A stretch of DNA of 58,012 nt from Craspedostauros australis (lineage: Eukaryota), in assembly GCA_030167865.1 (NCBI GenBank), contig JALAGF010002103.1:1-58012 (forward strand), written 5' to 3'. How positions within the stretch are numbered: position 1 is the first letter of the stretch; every line of letters begins with the position of its first letter. Positions 41,348 to 54,594 of this stretch are shown piece after piece. Below the pieces are notes generated by a model, which was not told where the DNA came from, searched no databases, and saw only the letters and a program-made list of their open reading frames with translations. The translations under genes and the position numbers were made by a program.

Positions 41348-43915
41348 CTACACCTTCAACCAGACTCCGGACGTGCACTTGAATCCAGAACCGAAGGCGA
41401 CCTGCATGATTCGGTCGCCCTTTTTCAGCGGGTTGGATTTCTGCTGGTAGTGGATGTACTCCAGCTCGTACCAGATCGATGAAGAGCTGGTGTTTCCAAA
41501 GTTGAGGAGGGTCATTCGGGATGGTTCGGTGTGGAATGCTTCCAGTTGCATGTTCTTCTCAATACCTGTTGTTGTTGTCGTCGTTGTTATTGTCATTGTT
41601 GAGGAGTCGGCGAGAAAAGAAGAATGTGATAAAGTGAATGTTGTGTGAGATGCAAGCACCACGATCGAGACATTGGCACGGACTGCCTTCATCGCGCAAT
41701 GCGAGCACAGACAACAAAGGGAGCGCAGCGAAGACAACACAATGGAACGCGCAAAAGACGACGTACCATCGATGACGGCGCGTCCGCCCGCATGAATGCA
41801 GAAATGGTCGATGCAACGCTTGAAATCCGGGACGTATGGCTTGACCTTGGGAAGCTTGGTGGCCATGCCTTCGGCACCGTTGGATTTGAGGGCGAGACCG
41901 AGCTGCTTGAGGATGAGACGCAGGATGACGCTCCAGACGACCTTGGCCTGCTCGGTGAAGGGCAGAACCTGCGGTCCCAGCGTCGTGAAATTCTTTTCCA
42001 TGGTCTTGCCGGCGACCTTGACGATGTCCTTGGAGAGACGCACGCCGCGCTCGCCGGATTCATCTTCAGCTTCGTAGACGCATTCGTATGCGACGTCGTC
42101 GGTTCCCTGCACGCGGACGGTGTGGAGGAGCTTGTACCATGCGCGGCTTCCGTCGAGCCAGTTGTTGGAGAGGACGATGGCGGCGCCACCGCAACGGAAG
42201 AGGGTGTTCTGGATGAGGAAGCCTCGGCTGTTGCCGTGATAGAGGTTGGGAGTGATGATCTCGGTCGAGACGACGAGGGCCTTTCTATGACCCTTTCCGA
42301 GAAGACGCTTGGCGAGGTCGATGCTGATGAGGGAGGCGCTGCATCCCATGCCGGCGAGGTTGAAGGTGGCGACGTCCTGACGCATGCCGAAGTGCGACGT
42401 GACCATGGCGCAGAGGGATGGGGTGGGGGAGAAGAGGGAGCAGTTGATGACGAGGACGTCGATTTCACGCGGGTGAACGTTGGCCTTCTTGAGGGCGTTC
42501 TCGACGACATCGAAGATGACGGCCTCGGCCTCCTTTCTGCTGGCCGAGACGGATCGGTCGGCCTTGGGGGCGCCTGGTTCGAGGGACTTGATGATGCCCG
42601 GTGGCCACGCGGTGGCCTGTCCGGTTCCAGATCTCTCGAGGATGCGGCGCATGAAGTTGAGGCTGTCATCGGTGAAGCATTTCTGACGTTTCATCATCTC
42701 GACGATCTCATCGTGCGATCGTTTCCATTCCTCCGGCGCCTTGAAGGTGGCGAAGGAGAGGAGGTAGATTGGATTGTCGCGACGCACGAACCAGATGCCG
42801 ATGACGAGAACGAGGGCGGTGATCTTCACTTCGGTGGAGAAGAGGGAGAAACCGTGGCTTTCGACGATGCTGAGGTAGAGACGGAAGAAGAGATCGCTGA
42901 TGGCCGTGAAGATGACAGAGATGGTCTCCCACGAATACCAACGGACCTCGCTATCCCCGAACAGATCCTTGACCACCTGGTGCACGATCTGTCCGAAGAG
43001 GACGACAAGACCGAGCGCCAGAATCTGCGGCGCGTGCGTGAGCAGCACGTGCGACCAGTTGATCATCCTGTTTTGGTTTTGGTTTTATGTGCAGCATCAT
43101 TTGTGCCATTGTCGTTGTTGTTGTTGTCATCATCGTTGGCGCATTCAATCATTCATCAGTAGATTCATTCGTTTATTCATTGTGATGTGAGAAACGAATG
43201 AGTAGATTTTATTGAAAACGATGTTGGAGTGGTGATCCAGAGCGATCGTATCACATCATACATCACGTTGTATCCCCATTGCATTGTGGTTTGTTTGTTT
43301 GTTTGTTTGTTTTGTGTTTGCCAAGTTGGGATCGGTGACGTCGGCGACAATAGAGTGATGATGGCGATGATGTCCAAGTTGACGTTTTGATTTGCAAACG
43401 CATGATTTTTTCCAAGTTCGTGGATGTCATGTATCACGTGTCATGATTCATGATGTGGTGCAACAAATGATGGCGCGCATTTGAAGTGCAGCAATGGTGT
43501 AGTATCAACATCATCAATACACCATGCCATGCAAAGATGGCATGCAGATGCAGCGTGTCGAGAGGAGTGATGATGGGAAAGAGAATCAGATGGTGAGAAT
43601 TGGATCGCATTGTGGAGAGCAGAATCTGAACATGGCCTTTCCGGACTTGCTTGGATCCCAGGAGACATGTGCGTGGCTTTTGGTGCCATGTGGTGGGATG
43701 AGATTACCATCAAGAGGAAGTAGAAGAAATAGAGCAATGGATACTGGCACGAGCAGCATGATGATAGCTTACCCAATGAGACTGGACTTGCGCACTCTGT
43801 ACCCACGCGAGCTGCTGTCTCCGGCCTCGCTCATGTCGGATTCCGATCCCACGCGGTGCATGGTGTTTCCATTGCGACCACCGTCGTTCGCGTTGGCTTG
43901 CTGTTGCGGAGGCAT
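41348..43915 (-). CDS. KCS: 3-ketoacyl-CoA synthase (FAE1/KCS-type VLCFA elongase); exons 43915-43773, 43067-41767, 41565-41348
   Basis: NCSLFSPTPSL, FNLAGMGCSA (catalytic Cys), LFRCGGAA, YVPDFK, HFCIHAGGRAVIDG, FGNTSSSSIWYEL, QVAFGSGFKC. Both introns are GT-AG and phase-consistent. Confidence 0.95.
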
Positions 43916-45125
43916 CTTGGTTTGTTGCTGCTTCTTGTTCTTGTCTTCTGATTTGCTGATGAGATGAGATGTGATGCTGCGCTGCTGGTGCGATACAGTA
44001 TGGGCTGCAGAGTATGGTGGGAGTAGGTTGTTGAAGAGCGTGGGTTGCACTTCGGAACAACTGTCTTTTTATGTCTGTCTGGATCTGGGTGGAGCGAAGT
44101 GACGTCGAGTCGATTGTACAGTCGTCGATGTCTGGATGCAGCTCTCTCGTGAGTGCTGCGATGTGGCAGGTGAGCGGAGCTGATCTCTTGTTGTTCGTGG
44201 CGCCTCTGTCGTTGTTGAGGTTCGTGCGACCGACGATTTTCTCGATTACGTTTGCAGTTTGTCGTTCGTTGGTCAGCATCAAAGTCCTCGCTGGAGGTGG
44301 TTTTGTGATTGCGTGTGCGTGGTTGTTCCATCCAGTGATGTTCTGGGGTTACGTCATTGTCGTCATCGATTTTGGGGCCATTATTGGGGGTGTTGGGCTT
44401 GATTTGGGGGATACGCACTTTTCATTGATCAAGTGAACAACAAAAGGGGAGAACCGTAGACTGTAGTCCCTCAAATTGTCACGATTCCCCTCTCCTGTCT
44501 GGTGGTCACAAACTCGTACCAGATGGTGTTCGATGACGAACAGATCTTCACAATTCGCACGAGGCAGGCAGGATGGCGGGAGGCGTATTGGGAGGCGTGA
44601 TCGGGGACATCGCCATCGTTGATGCTGCGAGAACATTGGCATCTGCATGCTTTCCGATTCTGTATCTTCTCCCTCCCTCTCTGTTCTCCATCTGCGATCC
44701 TCTTCGAACTTCGGAGATCAATGCACGATCGGCGGCGGGTACTCTGTTGGTGACAACATCAAGATCGCAGCATCACGTCATCCGCCCCTCTTCTTCTGCC
44801 AGTCCTTGGCCTCCTCTCTCTCTCTCTCTCTCTTTCTCTTTCCCTCGTCATCTCTTGCGATACAAGTGAATCTCCAAAGGAGTACTATTTGGGATTGGAA
44901 AACCTGGTTTGGTACTCGTGGGTAGACCAGATCATCTCGCATCCTCGCTTTCTCATTGCGAGTTTCACAAGATGGTGACTAACCAAGCCAGCAACTATCA
45001 GGTCATGGAGGCAGTTTGCGACAACTTGCTTCTTCCGATCTGGCGGCATTTCACACATCCCCCAATGTGTCCATTGCACTTTGTTGTCATTCAGATGTGT
45101 CGTCGATTGGAGGAGAGTATAGTAG

Positions 45126-45158
45126 ATGGCATGGCATGGCATGGCATGGCATGGCATG
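45126..45158. repeat. (ATGGC)6 pentanucleotide microsatellite
   Basis: Six perfect units plus ATG. Confidence 0.95.
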
Positions 45159-45929
45159 ACATTATCGACTGCCAAAATATGTGATGACGCTATCATCCAC
45201 GATGGATTTCATCACTTGGCGTAGCAGCAAGAAGATGAGGAAGGATGTCATCAGCCATGGAGGAGTGCGGGAGCAAAGAAGCGTAGAGCATGATTGACGT
45301 CTTAACTTTGCCTGTGTGCCATCGTCCCATGCTGAATTGCGCTTGCTACGGCGTCTCGTATTCCAAAGTGTTCGACAATGTGATTCCCTACTCGCATGTT
45401 GTTGGCGTGCTATCACTCGCATTATTCGGGACGGCGCGCCTCGCAGGTACCGAGCATGCTCGGATATGACTACCTGCTCCACATCAATTATGGTGTCACG
45501 GACATCGAGTCGAGATAGTCTCTCACAACAAGACGATCGTCAAGGGAAGTTGCAAGCTTCGAACTGGACGGACAGCTGTTTCAAGGAATATATTCCATTA
45601 ACAACTGCCTGCCTCTTTCGAACTAGTAGGACGGCTCAGCCATCCATGCTCGAGCCAGAAGTACATTGCTATCTGTTCATGCCTTGGAATCGCCAGCACC
45701 ATGCAATCGAATGGAATGGGTGAATAGCATGCCTGTCCGTATGTAGAGGAGAGCATCTTGTTTGAGATTCAATACTGTGTCTACGCATGGATCAATTGGC
45801 CTCGCTAAGGTTCCTTACTTTGGTGCTTCGGCTTCGTGTTGGTGCTGTACTATGCGTTGTTCGTGTGCAATACTCACCACACCAAAACGAGGACTCTCTC
45901 TCTCTCTCTTTCTCTCTCTCTCTGCCTCT

Positions 45930-46946
45930 CTAGTTGAACAGATCATCAGTCAAATCGTCATCACCGAACAGGCTGCCGAGGGAGGATTCCAGAGTCTCCT
46001 CAAGGGACATTTCTTCCTCGTCAGTGAGCTTGACCCTGCCGTCCTTGCTGACGGGGTTTGCGGTGGCCACGACACTGGTGGTGGCAGCAGCAGCCGCCGC
46101 CGCGGCGGCCTTCTTAATCTTCTGGGCTTCCTTCTTCTCCTTCTTTGCCCGGTCGTCGGCCTTGCGGCCTTCGTTGACCGCCTTGAGCACCTCGGTGCGC
46201 GGAGACAGGATGAGGGAGAGACTTCTACCTTCGCGCTTGGCACGTCCCTCCTTGGTGGAGAGCTTGGTGAGGTCGTTCGCCATCTTGTCCAGCAGCTCAA
46301 ATCCCAGCTTGTCATGCTGCATCTCACGTCCGCGGAACATCACGGTGCATTTTACCCGGTTACCCTGGCTGAGGAACTTGGAGGCATTCTTTTTTCGCAC
46401 GCCGTAGTCGTGCACGTCGATCTTGTAGCTCATCTTGACCTCCTTGATCTCGCTGGCCTTGGAATTCTTCTTGACCTCCTTGGCCTTCTTCTCCTGCATG
46501 TACCTGTATTTGGAGTAATCGACGATCTTGCACACTGGCGGGCTGGAGTTGGCGTTGATCATGATGAGGTCTAGACCCCCGAGCTCGCGGGCCTTGGACA
46601 GAGCTTCGTCCTTGGTCATGACGCCCAATGCTTCGTCCTTGCCGTCGTTGTTCTGCGTGACGACGCGCATTTCATCGGCGGCGATGTCGGCGTTCATCGG
46701 TGGCTTTTCCACGATGACGCGTGGCTGGTACCGCCTCTTGCCGCCGCCCCTGCCCATGAAGAGGACCGTGGATGTCATGGTGGAGGGGAGGGTGGCCAGC
46801 TGCGGTTGCTGGTGATGATGTTGGACGATGCCCATCGGCAACACCGAGAAGGCATGGCTCTGCTGTGGCGCGGCAGCCATCAGGACAAAAATGGCGGACA
46901 TGGAGATCATCATGACCGAAGTCGGTGGGCTGTTGTTGCTTCTCAT
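45930..46946 (-). CDS. infC: Plastid translation initiation factor IF-3 (nucleus-encoded)
   Basis: PPVCKIVDYSKYRY, KEVKMSYKIDVHDY, FLSQGNRVKCTVMFRGRE; presequence with SHA-FSV cleavage motif. Confidence 0.95.
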   Translation of the reverse strand: MRSNNSPPTSVMMISMSAIFVLMAAAPQQSHAFSVLPMGIVQHHHQQPQLATLPSTMTSTVLFMGRGGGKRRYQPRVIVEKPPMNADIAADEMRVVTQNNDGKDEALGVMTKDEALSKARELGGLDLIMINANSSPPVCKIVDYSKYRYMQEKKAKEVKKNSKASEIKEVKMSYKIDVHDYGVRKKNASKFLSQGNRVKCTVMFRGREMQHDKLGFELLDKMANDLTKLSTKEGRAKREGRSLSLILSPRTEVLKAVNEGRKADDRAKKEKKEAQKIKKAAAAAAAAATTSVVATANPVSKDGRVKLTDEEEMSLEETLESSLGSLFGDDDLTDDLFN

Positions 46947-48827
46947 TGTGATGGTAGTTTTGATGTTGCTGTTGTTACTGTTACTGTTGCTGCTGCTGCT
47001 GCTGTGTATTTGAGTGGGTGCGTACTGTCCGACGTTCTATCCGTACTGTTAGGTTGGCTGCAGCTGTCAGGAGGTGAGCGGTGGATGATGGCGCTGCCTA
47101 TTGTCTATTGTGATGATAGATGGTAGTGCTGTTCTTCAACTATTATATTATAGATCGGACTGTTGGTCTGTCTCGAAACTGGGATCTGCACTCGATTGGC
47201 TTTGATGGGGATTGGCCTCTTGATCGAAGTGCTTCGTCAACACCTTCTTCAATTGGATGTGGGTGAGACGAGGAGGAGAGAGAGCGGAAGAGGCGAAGGA
47301 AGGTGAGAGAGAGGGGAGAGTTTGATTGATTGATCGATTGAAGGTGATGGGCGGTGGATGTCCTTGTCGGCGTCTCTCGATTGATTGGTGGAGGACACGC
47401 CTGTGCAGAAATACGCCATCTCTTGTGCGCAAAGCGTGGAACCACACCAAAGAAAGAGCATCTGCGGAAGCAGGCTGACGTGGGAGAACAACACGATGTC
47501 GTGTTCGTGTCAGTCAAACACGCCCACACCATGGATCCAAGAAGTCGTACTGAACAGGAAGGTCGACGAAGTCGAGCGTGTTCATCGTGATTGTCCCTTC
47601 GATTGATTGGCTTTCGAGTGTCGCACCAATACGTCATTTCGCGTCATCAGAAGGGAATGGAACTTCAATGGAGTGTTTGGAGATGGGATTCGGAATGTGA
47701 TTGACAATTTTGTGAGGTCTCGAGGGACAAAAAAGGTGGCCAGATGTGACACGCCGAGATAGCAAAGCGCGGAAGGGTCAAGCCATCGCACCGCGCTGCG
47801 ACACGCTGTGCGTCGAGGAACACGTTTTGGTGTGGAAACGACAAGCTGGTTTTTGCCTGGCGTGTTTGGCAGTGAGCTGCGAGCTAAACCAAACGCCCAC
47901 ACATGCCGAGGGTAGCGACTCTACCACGCGTACGCGGGGTGCCGCGCTGTGTACCACGGACATTTTTGTGTCCACCTCCTTTGGTTTCGCGGTTCGCACC
48001 GTTTGCTCTCTTCTTCTTTTGGTTCCGCCTTTCTGGTGAAGAATCGTCGCAGCGAAGCGCTTCCAGCACGTTTGTACGAGGATTCGGGTGGCCTTGCGCG
48101 AGCCAAAGGTCTCCGCTCGACTTGTTTGCTGTGTCCCTCTGTGTGTGACTCTTCGACCGTATCCTTCGCGCTTTGGTCTTCGAGGAAAGTCCCAAAATAC
48201 CTTCGAGTACCCCTCCTTGTAGGTCTGTCCTGTTTGCTTCGACTCAACTCTGCTCTCACCCTGTTCTCCGCGGTGCCAGAACAGACAGCAAGAGCGTCAA
48301 AGAGACATCCAGCCAACTGAGGACAACAAACAATCAACACAGCGACAGGAATCAGCAAGCGCTCCACTCCACGCGGCAATCACCATCCACAAGCAGCCGG
48401 TCGATCAATCAACCACCAACAAAGCAGCGACAGGCATCCATCCCGTGCCGCGCTAAGTCCAGCTCCAGCACAATCGCTATCACTGTCGCTATCACTATCG
48501 CTATAACGATCAGTTGCAGCGACAGCAGAGGCATCAACGCACCGGCGTGCTCGGAGAGGAGGAAGAGAGCAGAACATCACAGGGATCTGATTCCGCATCA
48601 ACTCTGCTTTGCCATTCTCCCAGCACACTGTTGGTTGGGTCTTCTGACCACATCGCACTTCAACGCGGACAGCCTCTTATTTGGATATCTAGTTAGTGCC
48701 TCTCGGTACATTAGCGTGCGAGTGGCTTAGAGCATAATAGGGCAACTACATCTACAACCGCAACTACATTAACATCTACACTACATCAACAACTACAACC
48801 ACAATACAAGGACGGCAGCCGCTGGGA

Positions 48828-51124
48828 ATGAACAACATGTCGGGCGGCACGAAGCAGCAGATGCACGGCATCGTCGCGCCGCACGAGCACGACGTGCTGT
48901 CCGGAAGAGGAAACTTCGTCAACTACCATGCCGGCAACGAGCACTTCCGCGCGCTGGTGCGCAAGCACAAGCTGGAGTACGTGCGCTGTCCCAAGCCGCA
49001 GAAGGGCAAGTTCTCGAGGATGATCGTCGACGAGATCAAGGGCCGCATACCACCGGGCCGCTTCCTCAAGCAGGATGCCTCCACCAAGCTGTGGTACGAC
49101 ATCGGTGACAAGAAGGCGCTGGACAAGACCAGGCAAGCGCTGCGAGAGGGAGCGCCGGAAATCATGAAGGACATGGTGGGCGACGAGGTCAACGATGGTG
49201 GCGGCAACGGTCTACCTCCAAACAGCGTACGTTCTTCACATGCTATAACACATCGACGTGCTCATGCACATGCACATGCACATGGATCTTTCCCATTCCT
49301 GGTCAGGTTCTCGGGCATCATTTTGTCACGATGGTGATGACCTTGGCCACAGTGATAACAATGATGATGATCAGGCAGTGGCCTGTTGTCTTGTTCTCGA
49401 TACCGTCGCGTCGTGGTATTGCTGGTGGCCGTAACCGCAGCCTCGACTGATCTATATGCTTCATTGTCGGCTTGGCACTTCACCTCACCATCTCCTCCCG
49501 TTTTCTTTTCTCTCTCTCTGTCTCAATCCCAATCTCTCTTCCGCACACTCATTATCTCTGGCTCACCTTCTCTCGATACTCGCACGTACTCTCTACATCA
49601 CTGGCATCCGATGGCGCACGGTGATCTTCGACAATACTGTATTTCTCGATACGAAAATGATGCATCCTCGTACGACGATAGGCTCATTCACATGGCGCTT
49701 TGAACGCTGGCGGAGGCAATGATGCCTTCCACGGTGGCGGTCCAGGCGGAGGTGTCCCACAGGATGCATTTCTTCGAGCCGGGCAGCAACATCAACAGCA
49801 CGGTGGCGGTGGCGGTAACAACAATCCCAATTTTGGCAGGAACTCCGCGGGCGTTGCAGATTTGTCGCAGGCGTACATGGCTGCCGGCATGGCGGGTCTG
49901 CAGTCTCCTGGAGTCGGTCAGCAACGGCACCAGCTGCATGCATCGCCGCAGATCGGTGGAGGACGCATGGCGTCGGGCGGAATGATGGGCATGCCCAACA
50001 CGCCGCTCTCACCGGACCTTCCAGGTTCCATGCAAATGAATATGCAGTCCCGCATGCAGCAGATGGCATCGGGACAGCTCCAGATGCAGCAGCAACAACA
50101 ACAACAGCAACAGCACCTTGGTCAGCAATCGGCCGTGCAGCAGCAAATCACGAGCTCCAATCAGCTCGCGCAGATGGCCTTGCAGAATCAGATGATGGCG
50201 CATGCCGGCGCCCACGGAATGCAGCATCTTCAGAACGACCTGGAGGCACTTCGGGTGAAGCAGCGGCAGATAGAGATGTTGCAGGCGAAGCAGCGGGAGA
50301 TGGAGGCCCTGCAGGCGCAGCTCAACTCCGTGTACCAACAAAGCGAGCAATTGGAGCCGCGTCCCATTGAATTGCACGGCCAATCCAACACCCAGAATGT
50401 GGGCAGGATGCGAAAGCCCAAGACCGTTCCAACATCCGGAGGCAGCGGTTCCGGTGGCGATCTGCAGCTGTCGCAGCAACAGCAGCAGCAGGCACTCCTC
50501 CAACTCCAGCAGCAGGTGCAACAGCAGCAGCAACAGGCCAGGAAGCAACAGCAACGGGAGCGAGAGCAAGGCAGAACAGGCGCGGATGCGGGCGCAACAG
50601 GAAACGAGGCCGACAGGCAGACGTCCTCAACGGCGGAAGATGGCGCACGCCGAAAACCGCCGCCCACATTGAAACGAGAAAACAGTCTGAAGATCGAAAA
50701 GGTGTTCGTCGGCGATGGTTCGACACCCACGAACAGCAGCAACAACAACAATAACACCAACAACGCAAAGAAGAAGTACGACGGCAACGGTTCCTCCGCC
50801 CACCTCTCCGCAATGAGCCTGTCCATCGGCGATATGGCCGACGAGACCAACCTGAGCTCCGTATTCGACAGTTCGTTGCAAATTTCATCCGAAGAGGCGG
50901 AGTTCCGCGATACGCTGAGCCCGTTGGTGCGCAAGAAGCAGGCCATCCCGGTCCTCACGAACGCGTGGGATGCTAAGAATCCGTTCGACATGAGCGTCAA
51001 CACGATCAACGACAAGATATCGGAAGTTGGCAACATGAGCGTGAATACGTTCGGCGACAAGATGGGCGAATCGGAGAGCAACATGTCCTTCAGCAAGGTG
51101 TTCGAAGACTCCAGCCAGGCGTGA
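48828..51124 (+). CDS. DUF6824-type domain protein with long Q-rich C-terminus; exons 48828-49226 and 49682-51124
   Basis: PHEHDVLSGRGNFVNYHAGNEHFRALV..K..IVDEI..PPGRFLK..WYDIGDKKALDKTRQALRE. Phase-0 intron GTACGT (49227)..TAG (49681). Confidence 0.88.
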
Positions 51125-52512
51125 GGACGACCTCCCAAACGCGCAGTTGCGGCAAACGAGAGCCGCAAGGAGGGACGTTCGAATTCGTTACCATACAACA
51201 ACTTGGAGCTTTCCTGTTGAATCGATAGTGATCACCGCATGCAATATTCAAATTCACCTTCCACATGTCAAGCCCAAGGAACATGCATAGATCATCGGCA
51301 GTGCTCGCCCAAAAGTTCACGATCCCTCCATCGGTCTGGATGGCACCAACATGCATGCCGCACTCTGGATTGTGAACTCCACTGTATGGTGCAGTCGAAC
51401 AGGAATGGCATCGCGCGAACACCAAGAGTGATTGAATGCAGACAGCACGCATCATCATCGCCGTCGCCATCGCTTCCGTAGATACCCGACGCCAAGAACA
51501 GAACGGAATGCCATAGAGCAGAGCAAGACAGCACCCACGCCCCTTTTCCATGCGGACACGGTGCCGATCTTGCTGAGATATATGCTCGTGCCTACGACGA
51601 CAGACATCCGTATCGGTACCATGCATGCGTGGCATGTTAGTGCATTTTTAAGGGCAGTTGTCGCACCCATTTTTGCTGCGTGGGTGGAGATTGGAATGCC
51701 CGCATTGCGCCGCTTTGAGATGGTGCAGGTGTGGGCATCACCACGACGATGGCAACAACGACAACGGCAGGACGGCGGATGTGCTCGTAGTTGGAGATGG
51801 AAGGGGAGGTAGAGGAGTACCGAAGCGGCTCGGATTGCGGTACTATTGTCAAGTTTAATGTTTGGTGGTCGCACGGTCCGTTGTTTGTGTTCCTGAACGC
51901 ATCGCTTACATAAATTGTAAATTGGCGTGTTATATCTTGACCGAAGTACTTGCAGTATGCTAATTGAGGAGCGTCCCTTGATGCATGGTACCAATACTAG
52001 GAGGATGAGGTGAGGGCGTCTGTTGGTGGAGTTGAGGAGGCGAGTCTCCACACTCGTCCACTCTCTTGTGTGGGACTGGCATGACGGGGAGATGAGGGAA
52101 AATAAGCTCAACAAGAGTGAGTCAGCAGATTGCGCACGAGAGAACGTTGCGACGCATGAGTGGGTACGTGTGCACACGCACTTTTGGATACCAAACCACG
52201 AACACGACTCCTTCGCAAACTCGTTGAACACAGCCATCACATCCACGTTGCATTCGGATCAAAATTGGCTGGACAGCACAGTCCTCGTATCATGCCGAGA
52301 GATCGACCGTCCGCGCTACCGTCACCATCGTCATCCCCAACGGCAACACCACCAACATCACACTGAGATCGCTTTCAGCACCACTCTTCGCATCAAGACA
52401 AAGCCAGACGCAGCGAGACGAATCAACCTCACAAGCACGGCATCGAAGTCGAGTGGACAATCAAGAAGCATCCAACGGATTCAACCACAACAGCTCCGCC
52501 CCTCCTTCCACG

Positions 52513-54594
52513 ATGTTCGCACGCAGCGCTCTGGCCATCGTGCTGCTGGCCGCCACGACACAAGGATTCCTGCACCCGCGTCCTTCGGCGCAATCCGTCA
52601 CTCTGCAGCAGTCCACTTCCGTGCACTTGGACGCCAACACGCATGCAACGGACAGCCAGGAGAACCTGCCGCCCATGGAATCGGCCAACACCATCATCTG
52701 CGGCGGCGGACCCACGGGGTTGTTGGCCGCCATCATGCTGGCGCAAAAGTACCCCAAGAACACCGTCCAGGTTGTGGATCGGTTGCAGGAGCCATTGTCG
52801 CCGACGGATGACGTGTGGAACGATGTTGCCAAGTTCTATCTCATCGGTTTGGGTGGGCGTGGTCAGACGTCGTTGGAGAAGTTCGGCGTTTGGGATGAGG
52901 TTGAAGCTGCCTGCACGGCCGTCGTGGGGAGGAAAGGTACGTACACACGAGTACGAGCACGAGTACGGACGCCGCCATATTCTCTTTGGGGGTGTCTGCA
53001 TGCACGGTGTCATCGATGGCGAAAGTGTTGATTCCCCTTCGCTGCACGCACATTCATCATGCATCATGCACAGGGATGGTGCAGCACACAACCGAAAGAT
53101 GAGTTGACATTCCAGCGCAACTATGTGCGCATCGCCATCTCACCCTCATTATTTCAATCTACCGTATCGAACGATCGCGCAACGCGAACAATTGAATGAT
53201 ACGACTCTACTTCCCCTGCCACCCTCGCAGATTGGTCGCCCGGATCAGAGGAAGGCGTCGAGCGCATCTTCGACGGGCGCAAGTTCACCACGCAAGTCCT
53301 ACCGCGCGACAAGCTCGTCGGTGTCCTGTACAAGCACATTCAAGACAACTACGCGGACCAGATCAAGCTCAAATTCGGATGCGAGGTCGCGCCGACCGAC
53401 TTTGCGTACGACGGCGACACCTCCGTCCTGGTCGACATCGTGCCGTGCAACAACGACGGCACGACGCCGGTGCAGCAGATGAAGACCGATTTCCTCATCG
53501 CCGCCGACGGCACGAGCCGCACCATCGCGAATCAGATGGAGGAATCGGACCAGGACGAGAACAGCAAGATGAATCCAATCCAGCGGCTCTTCTCGCGACG
53601 TTCCTTCCGCGTCAAGCGGTATCCCGACGACAACCAGCGCATCTACAAGACGATCCCGCTCAACTTGCCGGCCGATTGGCGATTCGATCTCAACTACTCC
53701 GCACGCTCCGACGGCGGCAGGGTCAATCTCGATGCCTTGCCGGCCAACCGCGATGGTGGTTACTGCGGCGTGCTGCTGCTGCGCAAGGACGATGAGATGG
53801 CGCAAGCCAATGTCGATCCTGAGGTCTTCAAGACCTTCATGAACGAGTACCTGCCGCAGTTCACCGAAATCATGGACGACGAGACCATGGAGCAGGTGGC
53901 GCAGAAACCACCGTCCTTCCTGCCATCCTTCCGATATGTCGGCCCGCGCCTCAATCAGGGCAAGCGCACGCTGCTGTTGGGTGATTGTGCCCACACCGTC
54001 AAGCCGTACTTCGGATTGGGCGCCAACAGCGCCATGGAGGACGTCAAGATTCTCTCCAACATCCTCGACGAGACGGACTCCGTCCCGGCTGCCGTGCAGA
54101 AGTTCTCCAAGCAGCGCGCCAAGGAAGCCAAGACGCTGGTCACGATTTCACGCAGCCTGGACCGACCAGGCTTCCTGGGTGCCATCACCTTCATCATCCC
54201 CATCATCTTGGACTCCATCTTCACCAAGATCGCGCCCAAGATCTTCTCGCCCAACATCATCTCCATGCTGCAGAAAGACGACATGACATTCCGTGCCGTC
54301 GCCGCCAAGAAGCGGTTGGACCGGATACTGCAGCTCGCCATCATCGGCGCATTCCTCGCGGGCATGGCCAAGCTCACGACCATCGGCATTCAATTTCTGG
54401 CCACGACGATGGGACGCCACAGCACGACGGTAGCTGCCGGTCTGTTCGGCGTGCTGGTGGGCGGCGCGGTGTTGAAGAAGATCGCGGGTGTCTTCCGTCC
54501 CGGTATGGCGCCGGCTGACGTCCTGACCAAGACGAAGAGCAACATTGGTGGAAACGACAAACTCTCCACGGCGTCGGCATCCTCCACCAAGTGA
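52513..54594 (+). CDS. FAD-dependent monooxygenase, kynurenine 3-monooxygenase-like, with plastid presequence; exons 52513-52936 and 53231-54594
   Basis: CGGGPTG, IAADG, LLGDCAHTVKPYFGLGANSAMED; signal ending TQG-FLHP; intron GTACGT (52937)..CAG (53230); two C-terminal hydrophobic helices. Confidence 0.88.

Noticed and set aside
41645..43162. 505-aa ORF antisense to KCS
   Set aside because: Shadow ORF with no recognisable domain.
43497..43507. GTGTAGTATC resembling the U2 snRNA branch-pairing region
   Set aside because: Flanks do not match U2 stems or an Sm site; chance match within the KCS intron.
44900..45760. Short ORFs and a GTGATGA/TCATCAC hairpin between KCS and IF3
   Set aside because: No coding signal; the hairpin is short and fits neither SECIS nor box C/D convincingly.
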